Program-made: the position numbers and the translations under genes
Shown: positions 36,259 through 47,032 of the stretch, one piece after another
Layout of the letters: each line of letters opens with the position of its first letter
How positions within the stretch are numbered: position 1 is the stretch's first letter
Notes under the pieces: model-generated
What the model was told of the DNA's origin: nothing
The model's database searches: none
The model's input: only the letters and a program-made list of their open reading frames with translations
Source: an uncultured Desulfarculus sp.
GTDB taxonomy: Bacteria > Desulfobacterota > Desulfarculia > Desulfarculales > Desulfarculaceae
Direction of reading: 5' to 3'
Assembly: GCA_963665125.2 (NCBI GenBank)
Contig: CAXXUK010000001.1
Span: 1,600,001-1,664,000 of the forward strand
Length of the DNA: 64,000 bases

Positions 36259-36891
36259 TTAATCTATAGAGTCCACCCTCTTGAGTTCGACAGGGGGCAT
36301 CGGCAATTCAGTGGGCTGTACTGAAAGCGTGTTTGCGCCCACCACATTGATCTTTGCCCTGGTCCAATGCACCCCAACCCCAGGAGTGGCGGTAAGCATC
36401 ATACCCTGTGCGCTGGCCGCCCCCGGTTTGAGGTTAAACACGCAAGTAACCGTGCCGACATTAATGGGCACCAACCAGGCCACCAGTTTTTTGACGAGAA
36501 TCAACTGGTGGGTGTGAGCCACCGGCCACTGGCCTGGGTTGACGACAAGCTGATAATAAAGCCCGCCCTGTTGGAGCCAGTATCCACGCAGATCAGGGGT
36601 GACCGGCTGTTGCGGTGCCTGCTGCTGTTGCTGCTGGACCGGCACCTGTTGCTGAGGCTGCGGCACAACGCCCTGTTGCACCGGAACTTGCTGTTGGGGC
36701 TGCTGAACGACTCCCTGCTGAGCCGGAACTTGCTGCTGGGGCTGTTGAAAAACATACCCCTGCTGAGCCGGATTCTGCTGCTGAATCTGGGCCAATTGCT
36801 GGTATTGGTCGTCGGCGATTGCCATTGTCGGCAGAAGGCAATACGCCAGAATAACGAGCACGGGGATTATTCGAGTACGATTTCTTTTCAT
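36259..36891 (-). CDS. Secreted Gln/Pro-rich repeat protein
   Basis: Signal peptide (AIA/DD); tandem P[AV]QQGVV[QP]QPQQQV units; beta-rich C-terminal domain. Confidence 0.75.
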   Translation of the reverse strand: MKRNRTRIIPVLVILAYCLLPTMAIADDQYQQLAQIQQQNPAQQGYVFQQPQQQVPAQQGVVQQPQQQVPVQQGVVPQPQQQVPVQQQQQQAPQQPVTPDLRGYWLQQGGLYYQLVVNPGQWPVAHTHQLILVKKLVAWLVPINVGTVTCVFNLKPGAASAQGMMLTATPGVGVHWTRAKINVVGANTLSVQPTELPMPPVELKRVDSID

Positions 36892-37405
36892 GTTTCGCCG
36901 CTCCACCTCATGGCGCCCGCCGATACGCGGCCAGGCCCGGTCCGGAACCCATCGCAGTATGATTAAAAAAACTGGTTTAAACCTTTAAGACCCCATGGTC
37001 TGTTGCGCCACCAGAGCCAATACCATCCATATGCTCCGGTACAAACCCATACGGCTGGCCACCGTTGAAAATAAGTTCATAATTTCAATATTCCAAAACA
37101 GTTGCATGATATCCCAATTTCGTTTCAAAGGGCCAGGCGTTTTATAGCTTCGACGGACCCTACCGGGACATCTTACATTTACCCGGAAATAAATTACCGG
37201 GTGAACCGCATGGAATTATTGAACTCGGCTGCACATTAACGGCCGAGCACGGTTATTTAACGCCCCCTCCCCGTCTTGGCCTGGCCGGACCCGGCAACTC
37301 ATCCTTGTAAACACCGTTTACAAGGTTTTATACTAGCGTCAAAAAGCGCACCCGTTTGAAGATGATCCGGTAATCTGAAACGCTGCAACAGGACCAGCAA
37401 GGAGC

Positions 37406-38218
37406 ATGGCTTTGAATTTTGATACCGTAAAACTGGCTTATTTTTCGCCCACCGGCACCACCAGGAAAATCCTCGGCAGCATAGCCGAGGGCCTGGGCGC
37501 GGCAAACATTCAACACATTGACCTGACTCTGCCCCAAACAGAAGCCCAAAGCCCAGGCAAGCTCAACGGAGAGCTGGTGTTCATCGGCCTGCCGGTATAC
37601 GAGGGCCGGGCCGCCAAAACGGCCCTGGAACGGCTGAGCCAGTTGAAGGCCGACAACACCCCGGCGGCCATCGTGGTGCTATACGGCAACCGGGATTTTG
37701 AAGACGCCCTGATCGAGCTTTACGACCTGACCAGGGAATGGGGCTTTTTGCCTCTGGCGGCGGGGGCCTTTATCGGCGAGCATTCATTTGCCAGGGATGA
37801 CCGCCCCATGGCCAACGGCAGGCCCGATGCGGCCGATATCGCCGCCGCCAAGGAGTTTGGCCAAAAGATCCGGGCCAAACTGGAAGGCCTGTCTTCAGCC
37901 TCCGATGCCGCTCTGGTCGAACCGCCGGGCAACAGGCCCTACATCGACCGCGATAGGAGTCCCCTGGCCGACAGGGCCGCCACGACCCTTGCCGACGACT
38001 GCACCCTGTGCGGCACCTGCGCCTCGGTCTGCCCGGTGGGAGCCGTTACCGTCGACGAAGCCGTGGTGACCGACAACATGGCCTGCATTCTATGCAATGC
38101 CTGCGTCAAGAACTGCCCCACCGGAGCCAGGGTGGTGGACGACCCGATGATCAACAAGATCGTGGCCTGGGTCTGCAAGAATACCCAGGAACGTAGAGAG
38201 CCGGTCACATTCGTCTGA
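37406..38218 (+). CDS. EFR1-family flavodoxin-ferredoxin fusion
   Basis: YFSPTGTT, YGNR.FEDAL.EL, two CxxCxxCxxxCP motifs. Confidence 0.9.
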   Translation: MALNFDTVKLAYFSPTGTTRKILGSIAEGLGAANIQHIDLTLPQTEAQSPGKLNGELVFIGLPVYEGRAAKTALERLSQLKADNTPAAIVVLYGNRDFEDALIELYDLTREWGFLPLAAGAFIGEHSFARDDRPMANGRPDAADIAAAKEFGQKIRAKLEGLSSASDAALVEPPGNRPYIDRDRSPLADRAATTLADDCTLCGTCASVCPVGAVTVDEAVVTDNMACILCNACVKNCPTGARVVDDPMINKIVAWVCKNTQERREPVTFV

Positions 38219-38264
38219 GTTGCCGGCCCGAAAGAACTCATTACGGCCCGCGCCGATCCGGGAG

Positions 38265-39086
38265 CTACCCTGTCTTGCCCCGGATGGCCGGGCCGTTGTC
38301 TTGCATTTTGGGCCCAAATAAATAGAGGACAACCGCGAAACCGGCGACTCCAAGCAGGCCGAACAGGTACTGCGGGTCAGGATAAACGTAGAACAACACC
38401 CGGATTCCACTGCCCCATAAAAACAAGGCAAGTGCCGAAAAGACCAGATAGGCCCACTGCAAATTGCGGTTGTTCGGCGCCAACAAGGCGCAAAATATCG
38501 GAAATGCCCGGCCATAAAGAACGAACACCACGGCCATGAGGAACAGCGAACCGAAAACAAAAAGAAACCACGGCGAAATTTCCATGCCCCGGTTGAAATT
38601 GCCCGTATCGCCGTGATCGGCAAAACCACGCATCAGGACATAAGCGATCAGCTCCATCAGGTTGACTATGGCGAACCAGAAAAGCACATAAAAAAGCCGC
38701 TTCCTGGTCCATACCCAGTTACCAAGCATGATGATGATGCTCAAGGCCACCATGACCGTATGCATGATCAACGGGCTTACGCCGATGATGGCCGCCTGGT
38801 GCAGCCGGCCCATGGCAAAGAGCTTTCTATAGCCCACACCCTCGTCCCAACCGGTCATCATCACCGGGTTGCCCCAGACAATGTCCCAAGGGCTGTGCAT
38901 ATCATCAAGAAGCCAAGCCACGGTGCTGTGCGTAAACTCGTGCATCAGGATCACCAGGGCCTGAATGATCAGGAACACCGGAATTAGAACCAGCAGGTGC
39001 TCAAAAGTTTGCCGCGTGTTTTGTGAAGGGAAGATGGTGGTTACCCCGCTAGTTAATGGAGTAGATGTTTTGGTCCATTTTCGCAT
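38265..39086 (-). CDS. Polytopic membrane protein, possible M50-like metalloprotease
   Basis: Multiple TM segments; HEFTH (HExxH) and a downstream GD. Confidence 0.65.
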   Translation of the reverse strand: MRKWTKTSTPLTSGVTTIFPSQNTRQTFEHLLVLIPVFLIIQALVILMHEFTHSTVAWLLDDMHSPWDIVWGNPVMMTGWDEGVGYRKLFAMGRLHQAAIIGVSPLIMHTVMVALSIIIMLGNWVWTRKRLFYVLFWFAIVNLMELIAYVLMRGFADHGDTGNFNRGMEISPWFLFVFGSLFLMAVVFVLYGRAFPIFCALLAPNNRNLQWAYLVFSALALFLWGSGIRVLFYVYPDPQYLFGLLGVAGFAVVLYLFGPKMQDNGPAIRGKTG

Positions 39087-39162
39087 TTAACGGGCGGGAT
39101 AGGAGTTATATTTCTTGGCTTAACAGCCGGTGGCGTTTTTCGCGCCGCCACCGGCCAAGCAT

Positions 39163-40080
39163 TTACACCGCGTGCTCATCCAGAAAAGCCCTGGCCGTAT
39201 CCTGGGCGGCGGCGCCGTTTTTGCTGATCCAGAAGCCGATGTGGCTGCCTTCTTCGATCCAATGCCGCCTTGCGCCGGGCAAGTGCTCCACCACATACAC
39301 CGCGTCATAGAACTTGACGTCCGCATCGTGGGTTCCGTGGATGATCAGCGAGGGACACTTGATCTGATCCACCGGCATGAATCCCATGTTGCGGTAGATT
39401 TCCATGTCATTGTCCGTGCCGACCTTGCGGGGCTTGTAGGGGTTCATGCTCTCCATGAAGGCCAGAACGAAGCTCTTGGCGAATTCGCTACCCATGGCGT
39501 ATTCTAGGTGTTCGTCAAACTGCTTTTTGGTGAACAGGGCCTCGGCCTGGAATATCTGTTTGAGGAACATATCGGGCCGCTTTTCACCGATCATTTTCAA
39601 CAATTTCTGGCCCAGATCAGAGGTGAAAATGGCCTGGGCTATGGGTCCGGCCGTACTGGGCATGTCGTAATAGCCGCTGACGCTGTCGATGGCCACAAGA
39701 CCCCAGCACCGCTGGGGCTGGCGGATGGCGAACATGTAGGCCGGGGGCCCTCCGGCCGATGCCGAAACGATGGCGGCCTTTTCCACGCCCAGTTCGTCCA
39801 GCAGGGCCGCGAACAAATCGGCCTGGGCCTCCATGCTTTGGCCGCTCTCCAGGGGAGTGCCCAGATAACCCGGCCTGCTCACCGAAAGCACCCGGTATTT
39901 TGATGTATCCACCCAAGCCGACATGATGCGGGCCTGATCCACGCCGCCTATGCCGCCGTGCGACACCAGCACCACCGGCCCGTCGCCTTCGGTCAAGTCA
40001 TACTCCACCACGCCGAGCTTGGTTTGTATGGTTTGGGGATTAATCGACAAGCCAGGCAGCAGATCTTTGGTCTTGTACAT
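39163..40080 (-). CDS. Alpha/beta hydrolase
   Basis: HGGIGG, SASAGG nucleophile elbow, HGTHD, GSH; GGAGGAG RBS. Confidence 0.88.
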   Translation of the reverse strand: MYKTKDLLPGLSINPQTIQTKLGVVEYDLTEGDGPVVLVSHGGIGGVDQARIMSAWVDTSKYRVLSVSRPGYLGTPLESGQSMEAQADLFAALLDELGVEKAAIVSASAGGPPAYMFAIRQPQRCWGLVAIDSVSGYYDMPSTAGPIAQAIFTSDLGQKLLKMIGEKRPDMFLKQIFQAEALFTKKQFDEHLEYAMGSEFAKSFVLAFMESMNPYKPRKVGTDNDMEIYRNMGFMPVDQIKCPSLIIHGTHDADVKFYDAVYVVEHLPGARRHWIEEGSHIGFWISKNGAAAQDTARAFLDEHAV

Positions 40081-40635
40081 CGGGGCAACTCCTCCGTGAA
40101 ACAACTTTGTTGGGTCGACATCAGGAATATTGTAGGCCAGCCAGGTTTTACCGGGCAACATGTTAACGAGTATTGTCCACTGATGATATTCCTACGCCGT
40201 CGCCAGCAACAACCGATACAAATACTAAATAAATATATTCCAGTTTTATTACAGCTACATTACGGCTACTTTTTCGCATCTGAACACCGTTTTGCCTTGC
40301 ATAAAAATCAGGCGGTGTTACTTTTTAGCTACTTTGCAGCTAGGCATCAAAATACCGCCCGCAAAATGGGCCAACAGCATGAGAACATACTGCAACATGA
40401 TAATATCACAAATAATTTCCCCCAGGACCAAAGCCGCTTCACTCGTGCCTGGCTGTCCGGTGGTTCTGGCAATCAACAAATCAAAACAGGTCAATCAAAG
40501 CCCAGCCCAGCCGGCTGGCAGGTAGAGGCATTGCTTTAGGCAGGCGCGCCCGAAACTACGCATACAAAATGACTGAGCGGTCATCCAGGCAAACAAACGA
40601 CCGAGCAGCAGTTGAAAATGAGCAGGAGACAGATC

Positions 40636-41934
40636 ATGAGTTGGATGAAGCACTACCAAAGCCACAGCATCACCGCCCGAGAAGCGGCCAACCTAATCGA
40701 ATCAGGCCAAAACATTGTCTGCGGACATGCCTGCGCCGCGCCGGAAAGCCTTACCGAGGCCCTGGTGCAACGGGCCGCCGAGCTCAGGGCCGTGAACATC
40801 TGTCATCTTATCGCCATGGGCAACTGCGCCTATCTGCTGCCCGAGTTCGAGAGTGCCTTCCGCCACAACACCATGTTCTGCGGCTGTGGCTCGCGTCCGG
40901 CCGTGGCCGAGGGCCGCGCCGATTTCACGCCCTGCTTTTTCAATGAAGTGCCGAGCCTGTTCGCCTCCGGCGCCCTGCCCGTCGACGTGGCCCTGATCAC
41001 CGTCTCCGAGCCGGACAAGGCCGGAAACGTCAGCCTGGGCGTGTCCATCGACTACACCAAGCAGGCAGCCCAGTCGGCCAAATTGGTCATCGCCGAGGTG
41101 ACGCCGCATATGCCGCGAACCCACGGCCAGTCGTTCATGCACGTCAGCGAAATCGATTATTTCGTGCCTACAGACCGCCAGATCATCGAGATGCAGCCTC
41201 CGGCCATCGGCGACATCGAAAAAGCCATCGGCCAAAACATCGCCCGGATGATCAACGACGGCGACTGCCTCCAACTGGGCATCGGGGCCATTCCCGACGC
41301 CACCCTGAGCTTCCTGGACGACAAAAAAGACCTGGGCATCCATTCGGAGATGATCTCCGACGGCGTCATGCGCCTGGCGGAAAAGGGCGTGATCACCGGC
41401 CGCCGCAAAAACCTGCACTCCGGGAAAATCGTGATCACCTTTGCCATGGGCACCAGGGGCTTCTACGACTGGATCGACGACAACAGCTCCATCCAGACCT
41501 TCCCGGTGGACTACACCAACGACCCGTTCATCATCGCCCAAAACGACAACATGGTCTCCATTAACTCCTGCCTGGCCGTGGACCTCAGCGGCCAGGTGGC
41601 CGCCGACAGCCTGGACCGCAGACCCTTCAGCGGCGTGGGCGGCCAGGTGGATTTCGTGCGCGGCGCCAAGCGCTCCAAGGGCGGCCGCAGCATCATAGCC
41701 ATGCCCTCCACGGCCCGGCACGGCACGACCTCGCGCATCGTGGCAACCCTGGCCCAGGGCCAGGCCGTCACCACCTCCCGCAATGACGTGGACCATATCG
41801 TGACCGAGTACGGCGTTGCCAGCCTGCACGGCAAGACCATGCTCCAGCGGGCCGAAGCGCTGATCAACATTGCCCACCCGGATTTCCGGGACGAACTGCG
41901 CCAATCGGTAATAGAGGCCTATCAACTGTACTAG
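40636..41934 (+). CDS. Acetyl-CoA hydrolase/transferase (4-hydroxybutyrate CoA-transferase-like)
   Basis: LQLGIGAIPDA, LGIHSEM, SGVGGQVDFVRGA, VTEYG, IAHPDFR. Confidence 0.92.
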   Translation: MSWMKHYQSHSITAREAANLIESGQNIVCGHACAAPESLTEALVQRAAELRAVNICHLIAMGNCAYLLPEFESAFRHNTMFCGCGSRPAVAEGRADFTPCFFNEVPSLFASGALPVDVALITVSEPDKAGNVSLGVSIDYTKQAAQSAKLVIAEVTPHMPRTHGQSFMHVSEIDYFVPTDRQIIEMQPPAIGDIEKAIGQNIARMINDGDCLQLGIGAIPDATLSFLDDKKDLGIHSEMISDGVMRLAEKGVITGRRKNLHSGKIVITFAMGTRGFYDWIDDNSSIQTFPVDYTNDPFIIAQNDNMVSINSCLAVDLSGQVAADSLDRRPFSGVGGQVDFVRGAKRSKGGRSIIAMPSTARHGTTSRIVATLAQGQAVTTSRNDVDHIVTEYGVASLHGKTMLQRAEALINIAHPDFRDELRQSVIEAYQLY

Positions 41935-42116
41935 CAGGGTGTTGAAAAATACGGTCCCCAGGCAGCGGCTCGATCCGTCCTGGAGCTTTTTGTGAAAAAT
42001 AAAACCTACCAAGCGTTCGTTCGCTTTTTAATTGTCCGCCGGCCAATTGTCTGCAATATTAGTGTTCACGTTTCAAAACAACAGCCCAGCGGCAAATACA
42101 AAAAAGGCAAGGCTTC

Positions 42117-44165
42117 ATGGACTTCTTCTTCAATCCCAAATCAGTGGCGATCATCGGGGCCAGCGAACGCGGCGTAGGAATCAACCTGGTTACCAACGCT
42201 CTTAGCTGCATGGATAGGGATGCCATTTATCCGGTTAACCCCAGATACGAAACAATCTGCGGCCTGAAGGCCTACCCAACCGTCGACGCCATTGAAGCCG
42301 ATGTCGACATGGCCATGGTCATGGTGCCCGCCCCGATTTTGCCCGAGGCCCTTGAGGCCTGCGCCCGCAAGGGCATTGGCGGCGTGATTATCCAAAGCGC
42401 CGGATTCGCCGAAACCGGCGAAGAAGGCCGCAAGTTGCAGGCCAGATGCGTCGAAATCGCCAGGGCAAACAATATGCGTCTATGGGGCCCGAACTGCATG
42501 GGCGTGGTCGACATACCCAACAAGCGGTTCTTCACCTTTATGGACCATAACATCAAGATCGACCTCAGCATGGCCGGCGGAGTTTCTTTGGTGGTTCAAA
42601 GCGGCATGCTCTCGGCCGGCTTCCTGGTGGACCAGACCCATCGCCGCCATATGGGCGTGAGCAAAGCCTGTTCCATTGGAAACAAATGCGATATTGATGA
42701 AAGCGATGTGCTGGAATACCTGTTGGCCGATCCGGACACCACCTCCGTGGGACTGTACCTGGAATCCATCGGCAACGGCAGACGCTTTCTCGATCTGATC
42801 TCGGGCGCCACCAAACCGGTGGTGGTGCTCAAGGCGGGGCGCAGCGTTTCCGGGGCCAAGGCCGCCATCAGCCATACCGCCAGCCTGGCCGGAAACGCCC
42901 GGCTCACCGACAGCCTGCTCAGGGAGGCCGGAGCGCTGTTGGCCAATGATTTCAACCATATGTTCGATATTGCAGACACGGCGGCAATGATACCGCAGGC
43001 TAAACCAAATGCCAGGATGGCGGTTACTACTTTCAGCGGCGGCGCGGGAATCCTTTCCTGCGATGTTTTGGAGGCCAACGGCTTGCAACTGGCCACGCTC
43101 TCGCCCGAGACCATCGCGGAAATGGAAAAAATCTATCCTCCGTGGATGCCGCCGGCCAACCCCATGGACCTGTACCCGGCCATGGAAAAAGTCGGTTTCG
43201 CCCAGGGCCTGAACTATGCCATGCATGCAGCCATCGCCGACCCCAATGTCGATGGCGTGTTGGCCCATTCGATTTCGTTATGGGAAGAAATGGGGCTTGA
43301 ATTCGCCGAAGTCCAGGCAAAGGCAAAGGCCGCCGGAAAGTTCATGGCCGTGTGGTGTTTCGGCATGCCCGATTCGTACTGCCGAGTAAAAAAATACCTC
43401 AACTCGCTGGGCATCCCCGTATTCGACGAACTTTCCCGCTTGAGCGCCTGCGTGGCTGAGGCGGCCAAGTTCAATCCCCAGGCCGCGGAAAAAGTACCGC
43501 CCGTTGCGACAGCCTCCACCCCCGCCGGGCCTGTTGGAACCCTGGACGAAATCGCGTCCAAGGAGCTTTTGGCCCAAGCGGGCATACCGGTGGTGGCCGA
43601 TCACCTGGCCGACACGGTTGACCAGGCGGCGCGTATGGCCTCCGACATAGGTTATCCCGTGGTGCTCAAGGGCATCTTGCCCGATGTGGTCCACAAGACG
43701 GAACTGGGGCTGGTCCAGCCCAACGTGGCCAATGAACAGGATCTGCGGCGGCTGGCCGAAGACATGCAAAAACGCATGGACGGCAAGGGCAAGCTGCTGG
43801 TCCAGCAGCGCGTTTCGGCTGATTACGAGCTTATGGCGGGCCTGGTGCGCGACGACCAATACGGACCGTGCGTGATGCTGGGCATGGGCGGCCAACTGGC
43901 CGAGTTGCGGCCGGACATCACCTTTGCCCTGGCGCCCTTGAGCACGAATCGGGCCCTGGCCATGCTGGAGCGACTTGAGAGCCGCAAGCTGTTTGACGGC
44001 TTCCGCAAAATGCCGTCCCTGGACCGCCGGGCCATGGCCGATCTGCTGGTCAAACTGGCCGCTATTGGCGCCGAAAGGCCGGACATCAGCCAGATCGACA
44101 TCAATCCGGTGCTTATTTCGGGGGGCAAGCCGGTGGCCGTCGACGCCAGCGTTATCATGGGATGA
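42117..44165 (+). CDS. ADP-forming acyl-CoA ligase (fused alpha/beta)
   Basis: PKSVAIIGAS, GPNCMG, SHTASLAG phospho-His, HKTELG ATP-grasp, DINP. Confidence 0.9.
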   Translation: MDFFFNPKSVAIIGASERGVGINLVTNALSCMDRDAIYPVNPRYETICGLKAYPTVDAIEADVDMAMVMVPAPILPEALEACARKGIGGVIIQSAGFAETGEEGRKLQARCVEIARANNMRLWGPNCMGVVDIPNKRFFTFMDHNIKIDLSMAGGVSLVVQSGMLSAGFLVDQTHRRHMGVSKACSIGNKCDIDESDVLEYLLADPDTTSVGLYLESIGNGRRFLDLISGATKPVVVLKAGRSVSGAKAAISHTASLAGNARLTDSLLREAGALLANDFNHMFDIADTAAMIPQAKPNARMAVTTFSGGAGILSCDVLEANGLQLATLSPETIAEMEKIYPPWMPPANPMDLYPAMEKVGFAQGLNYAMHAAIADPNVDGVLAHSISLWEEMGLEFAEVQAKAKAAGKFMAVWCFGMPDSYCRVKKYLNSLGIPVFDELSRLSACVAEAAKFNPQAAEKVPPVATASTPAGPVGTLDEIASKELLAQAGIPVVADHLADTVDQAARMASDIGYPVVLKGILPDVVHKTELGLVQPNVANEQDLRRLAEDMQKRMDGKGKLLVQQRVSADYELMAGLVRDDQYGPCVMLGMGGQLAELRPDITFALAPLSTNRALAMLERLESRKLFDGFRKMPSLDRRAMADLLVKLAAIGAERPDISQIDINPVLISGGKPVAVDASVIMG

Positions 44166-44171
44166 CGGGTT

Positions 44172-45680
44172 CTATCTGATCCAGCCCCGGGATTTTTCAA
44201 CAGCCCGCAGCCAGCCGTTCACCGCCTGGTTGCGGGTTTGTTCGTTCATATTCGGCGTCCAGGTCTTTTCCAGGGACACCAGGCCGCAGACCGCTTCCTT
44301 GTCCGGCCAAAAGCCCACGGCCAATCCGGCGGCAAAGGCGGCGCCCAGCACCGTGGTCTCCTTGATCACCGGCTTGCTCACCGGCAGGCTCAGCAAATCG
44401 CTTTGAAACTGCATCAGCAGGTCGTTTTCAACCATGCCGCCGTCTACCTTGAGTTCGGCCAAAGGCTTGCCAGCGTCCTCGGCCATGGCCCGCATGACTT
44501 CCCAGGTCTGGAAGGCCACCGCCTCCAGGGCCGCCCTGGCGATGTGCCCCCGGTTGACATAATGGGTCAGGCCGATCATCAGGCCCCTGGCGGTGTTGTC
44601 CCAATGGGGTGCGAAAAGCCCGGAAAAGGCCGGCACAAAATACACCCCGCCGTTGTCTTTTACCGTGCGGGCCAGTTCCTCGACCTCCGGGGCATTGTTG
44701 AAAAACATCAGGTTGTCCCGCAGCCACTGGATCAGGGAACCGGCCACGGCTATGGAGCCTTCCAGGGCGTAATGCACGCCGTGCACGGGGTCGCTGTAGG
44801 CTACGGTGGTGAGCATGCCGTGTTTTGAGTGAACCAGGTCCTTGCCCGTGTTCATCAGCAAAAAGCAGCCCGTGCCATATGTGTTTTTGGCCTGGCCCGG
44901 CTCAAAGCAGCACTGGCCGCACAGGGCCGCCTGCTGGTCGCCCAGGATGCCGGATATGGGCGTATCCGCACCAAGGGGGCCCGCCGGGTCGCAATGGCAA
45001 TAGACCTCGCTGGAACTGCGGATCTCCGGCAGCCACGCGGCATCGATGCCGAACACATCGAGCATGCCTTGGTCCCACTTGGTCGCCGCGATATCCATTA
45101 GCAGGGTCCGGCTGGCGTTGGTGGCGTCGGTCACGTGGGCTCCGCCCTTGGGCCCGCCCGACAGCCGCCAGATCAGCCAGGTGTCTATGGTGCCGAACAT
45201 GAGCCTGCCGTCTTTGGCCGCCTGTCGCACATCGGCGACGTTGTCGAGCATCCATTTCATCTTGGTGCCGGAGAAATAAGTGGAAACAGGCAGGCCGCAC
45301 TTGTCCCAAAACAGTTCGCCGCCGTGCTTTGCCTTGAGGGCGTCGCTGATGGCCGCGGTGCGGGTGTCCTGCCAAACAATGGCGTTGCAATAGGCCTTGC
45401 CGGTTTTCGGGTCCCAGGCCACCGTGGTCTCGCGCTGGTTGGTTACGCCTATGGCCGCCAGGTCGCCGCCGCTGATGCCCGCCTGTTCCAGGGCCTGCCG
45501 GATGACCTGACCGGTGTTGATGATGATTTCCTCGGGATCGTGTTCCACCCAGCCTGGATTTGGGAATATCTGTTTGTGCTCCTTTTGGGCGCTGGCCACA
45601 ACCCGGCAAGCGCGGTCGAAAACAACAAAGCGCGAACTCGTGGTTCCCTGATCAATGGCTCCAATATAATCCCTGCTCAT
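44172..45680 (-). CDS. glpK: Glycerol kinase
   Basis: IDQGTTSSR, TNQRET, WQDTRT, GDQQAAL, KNTYGTG, VPAFSGL. Confidence 0.97.
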   Translation of the reverse strand: MSRDYIGAIDQGTTSSRFVVFDRACRVVASAQKEHKQIFPNPGWVEHDPEEIIINTGQVIRQALEQAGISGGDLAAIGVTNQRETTVAWDPKTGKAYCNAIVWQDTRTAAISDALKAKHGGELFWDKCGLPVSTYFSGTKMKWMLDNVADVRQAAKDGRLMFGTIDTWLIWRLSGGPKGGAHVTDATNASRTLLMDIAATKWDQGMLDVFGIDAAWLPEIRSSSEVYCHCDPAGPLGADTPISGILGDQQAALCGQCCFEPGQAKNTYGTGCFLLMNTGKDLVHSKHGMLTTVAYSDPVHGVHYALEGSIAVAGSLIQWLRDNLMFFNNAPEVEELARTVKDNGGVYFVPAFSGLFAPHWDNTARGLMIGLTHYVNRGHIARAALEAVAFQTWEVMRAMAEDAGKPLAELKVDGGMVENDLLMQFQSDLLSLPVSKPVIKETTVLGAAFAAGLAVGFWPDKEAVCGLVSLEKTWTPNMNEQTRNQAVNGWLRAVEKSRGWIR

Positions 45681-45850
45681 CAAAAAAACTCCAGCGTGGC
45701 GAATTGGCGATCATCAAATGCTCGGCTCGCGGACCGTTTTTTATTTAACAGTGTATACCGAAGCCCCTCCGTTTGCCCAGAGGCTCGTGGGGCGATAATC
45801 AGCAAAATCAGCCAAGGGCTGTCCTGGCCCAATCCACGCAACCGATGCCC

Positions 45851-45885
45851 AAAAAGAAGCCGCCGGTTCGAGGGAAACCGGCGGC
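45851..45885 (-). terminator. Intrinsic terminator after the GAF gene
   Basis: GCCGCCGGTT/AACCGGCGGC stem with TTCTTTTT on the minus strand. Confidence 0.65.
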
Positions 45886-45913
45886 GTCGCGGGCGCGGCG
45901 GTATGGGGGTTGC

Positions 45914-46486
45914 TTACATTGCGGGCGTGCCGAATTGCTTCCGATCCCGCAATTCCTTGAGTACGGAAATCGACGTCTTGTAGGCATGGGTGATCCTGAG
46001 GTTTTCGATAGCCAAGGTGATGATGTCGGCGATGGCCTGCATGAAGGTGATATCCTCCATGGTGAACTCCCACGGCTCGGTGGTGTAAACACGCAGAACA
46101 CCCAGAGGCCGCCCGCGCAGGACCAAGGGCAGGCTAAGGATTGAGGCGATGCCTTCAGCCATGGCCTCTTCGGGGTATTGCAGCCGGGGATCATCCTGGA
46201 CATTGTAAATGGCCACCGGTCCATCGGTTAGGGTCGCGGCGATGGACTTCGAGGCGCTGATCGGGCCCTTGCTGAGGTATTTTTGACTCAGGCCGGCACT
46301 GGAGGCCAGCTCCAACTCGCCGGTCTTGCGGTTGAGCACCATGATAGCGGCTCCCTTGAGCCTTAGGATCTGAGTCAACTGGGCCACGATGTGATGGCAT
46401 ATGTCCGCCATATCCATGGTCGAGCTTACGATCTCGCTGATCTTGCCCATGGTCTTGTAATTCATGTGTTTTACTGCCATGGTCAT
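45914..46486 (-). CDS. Stand-alone GAF domain protein
   Basis: GLSQKYLSKGP, DPRLQYP, EGIASILSLPL, LAIEN; AAGGAGG RBS. Confidence 0.88.
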   Translation of the reverse strand: MTMAVKHMNYKTMGKISEIVSSTMDMADICHHIVAQLTQILRLKGAAIMVLNRKTGELELASSAGLSQKYLSKGPISASKSIAATLTDGPVAIYNVQDDPRLQYPEEAMAEGIASILSLPLVLRGRPLGVLRVYTTEPWEFTMEDITFMQAIADIITLAIENLRITHAYKTSISVLKELRDRKQFGTPAM

Positions 46487-46793
46487 ACAAATCCTCCTTG
46501 TGTTTGACTCCCATACCGGCGCCCGACGGATGCTGCGCTATTGGCCGCTTTTGGCGGACGCCAAATTCACGACACCGGACTATGCATCATGAGGTGATGA
46601 AAAGGAGGAGAGATTGGCGGGCCTTTTTTCGGAGGCCCGCCACGGCACCTGAAACCGGATCAAAAGATACCCGCTCAAGTTACAGGAAGCGACACCAGTG
46701 GATTTTCCGGCGTCATACCTCTTGTTATTATTGTCCCAGAACCGGGAGCGTTGCGTCAATTAATAGTTGTAAACGCCGCTTGCGCCCATCGAA

Positions 46794-46988
46794 CTATTGG
46801 TTGTTTTTGGAGGCTGTTTGTTTGGGTTCAAACAGCAGACATGGTTCACCCGAAGATCTGAGCACCACCCGCCAGGGAATCTGGGATGACTTGAAACCCA
46901 TAGCCTTGCAGGCGTAGGGCCTTGATTCATCCCAGGTAATTTGTAGAAACCGGCATTTGAAACAATCCGGCCGGTCTTGATCAGGCAT
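46794..46988 (-). CDS. Small Cys-rich protein
   Basis: CFKCRF.ITWD...YAC..MGFKS...SG.PC pattern. Confidence 0.7.
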   Translation of the reverse strand: MPDQDRPDCFKCRFLQITWDESRPYACKAMGFKSSQIPWRVVLRSSGEPCLLFEPKQTASKNNQ

Positions 46989-47032
46989 AACAACAACCAC
47001 CAACGGTTTGCTAAATCCGGGCTCCCGGTTTG

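Noticed and set aside
41934..44208. IS-like inverted ends (GCAGGGTGTTGAAAAAT / ATTTTTCAACAGCCCGC) flanking the acyl-CoA ligase
   Set aside because: The right copy lies in the glpK coding sequence (RAVEKS) and there is no transposase; probably coincidental.
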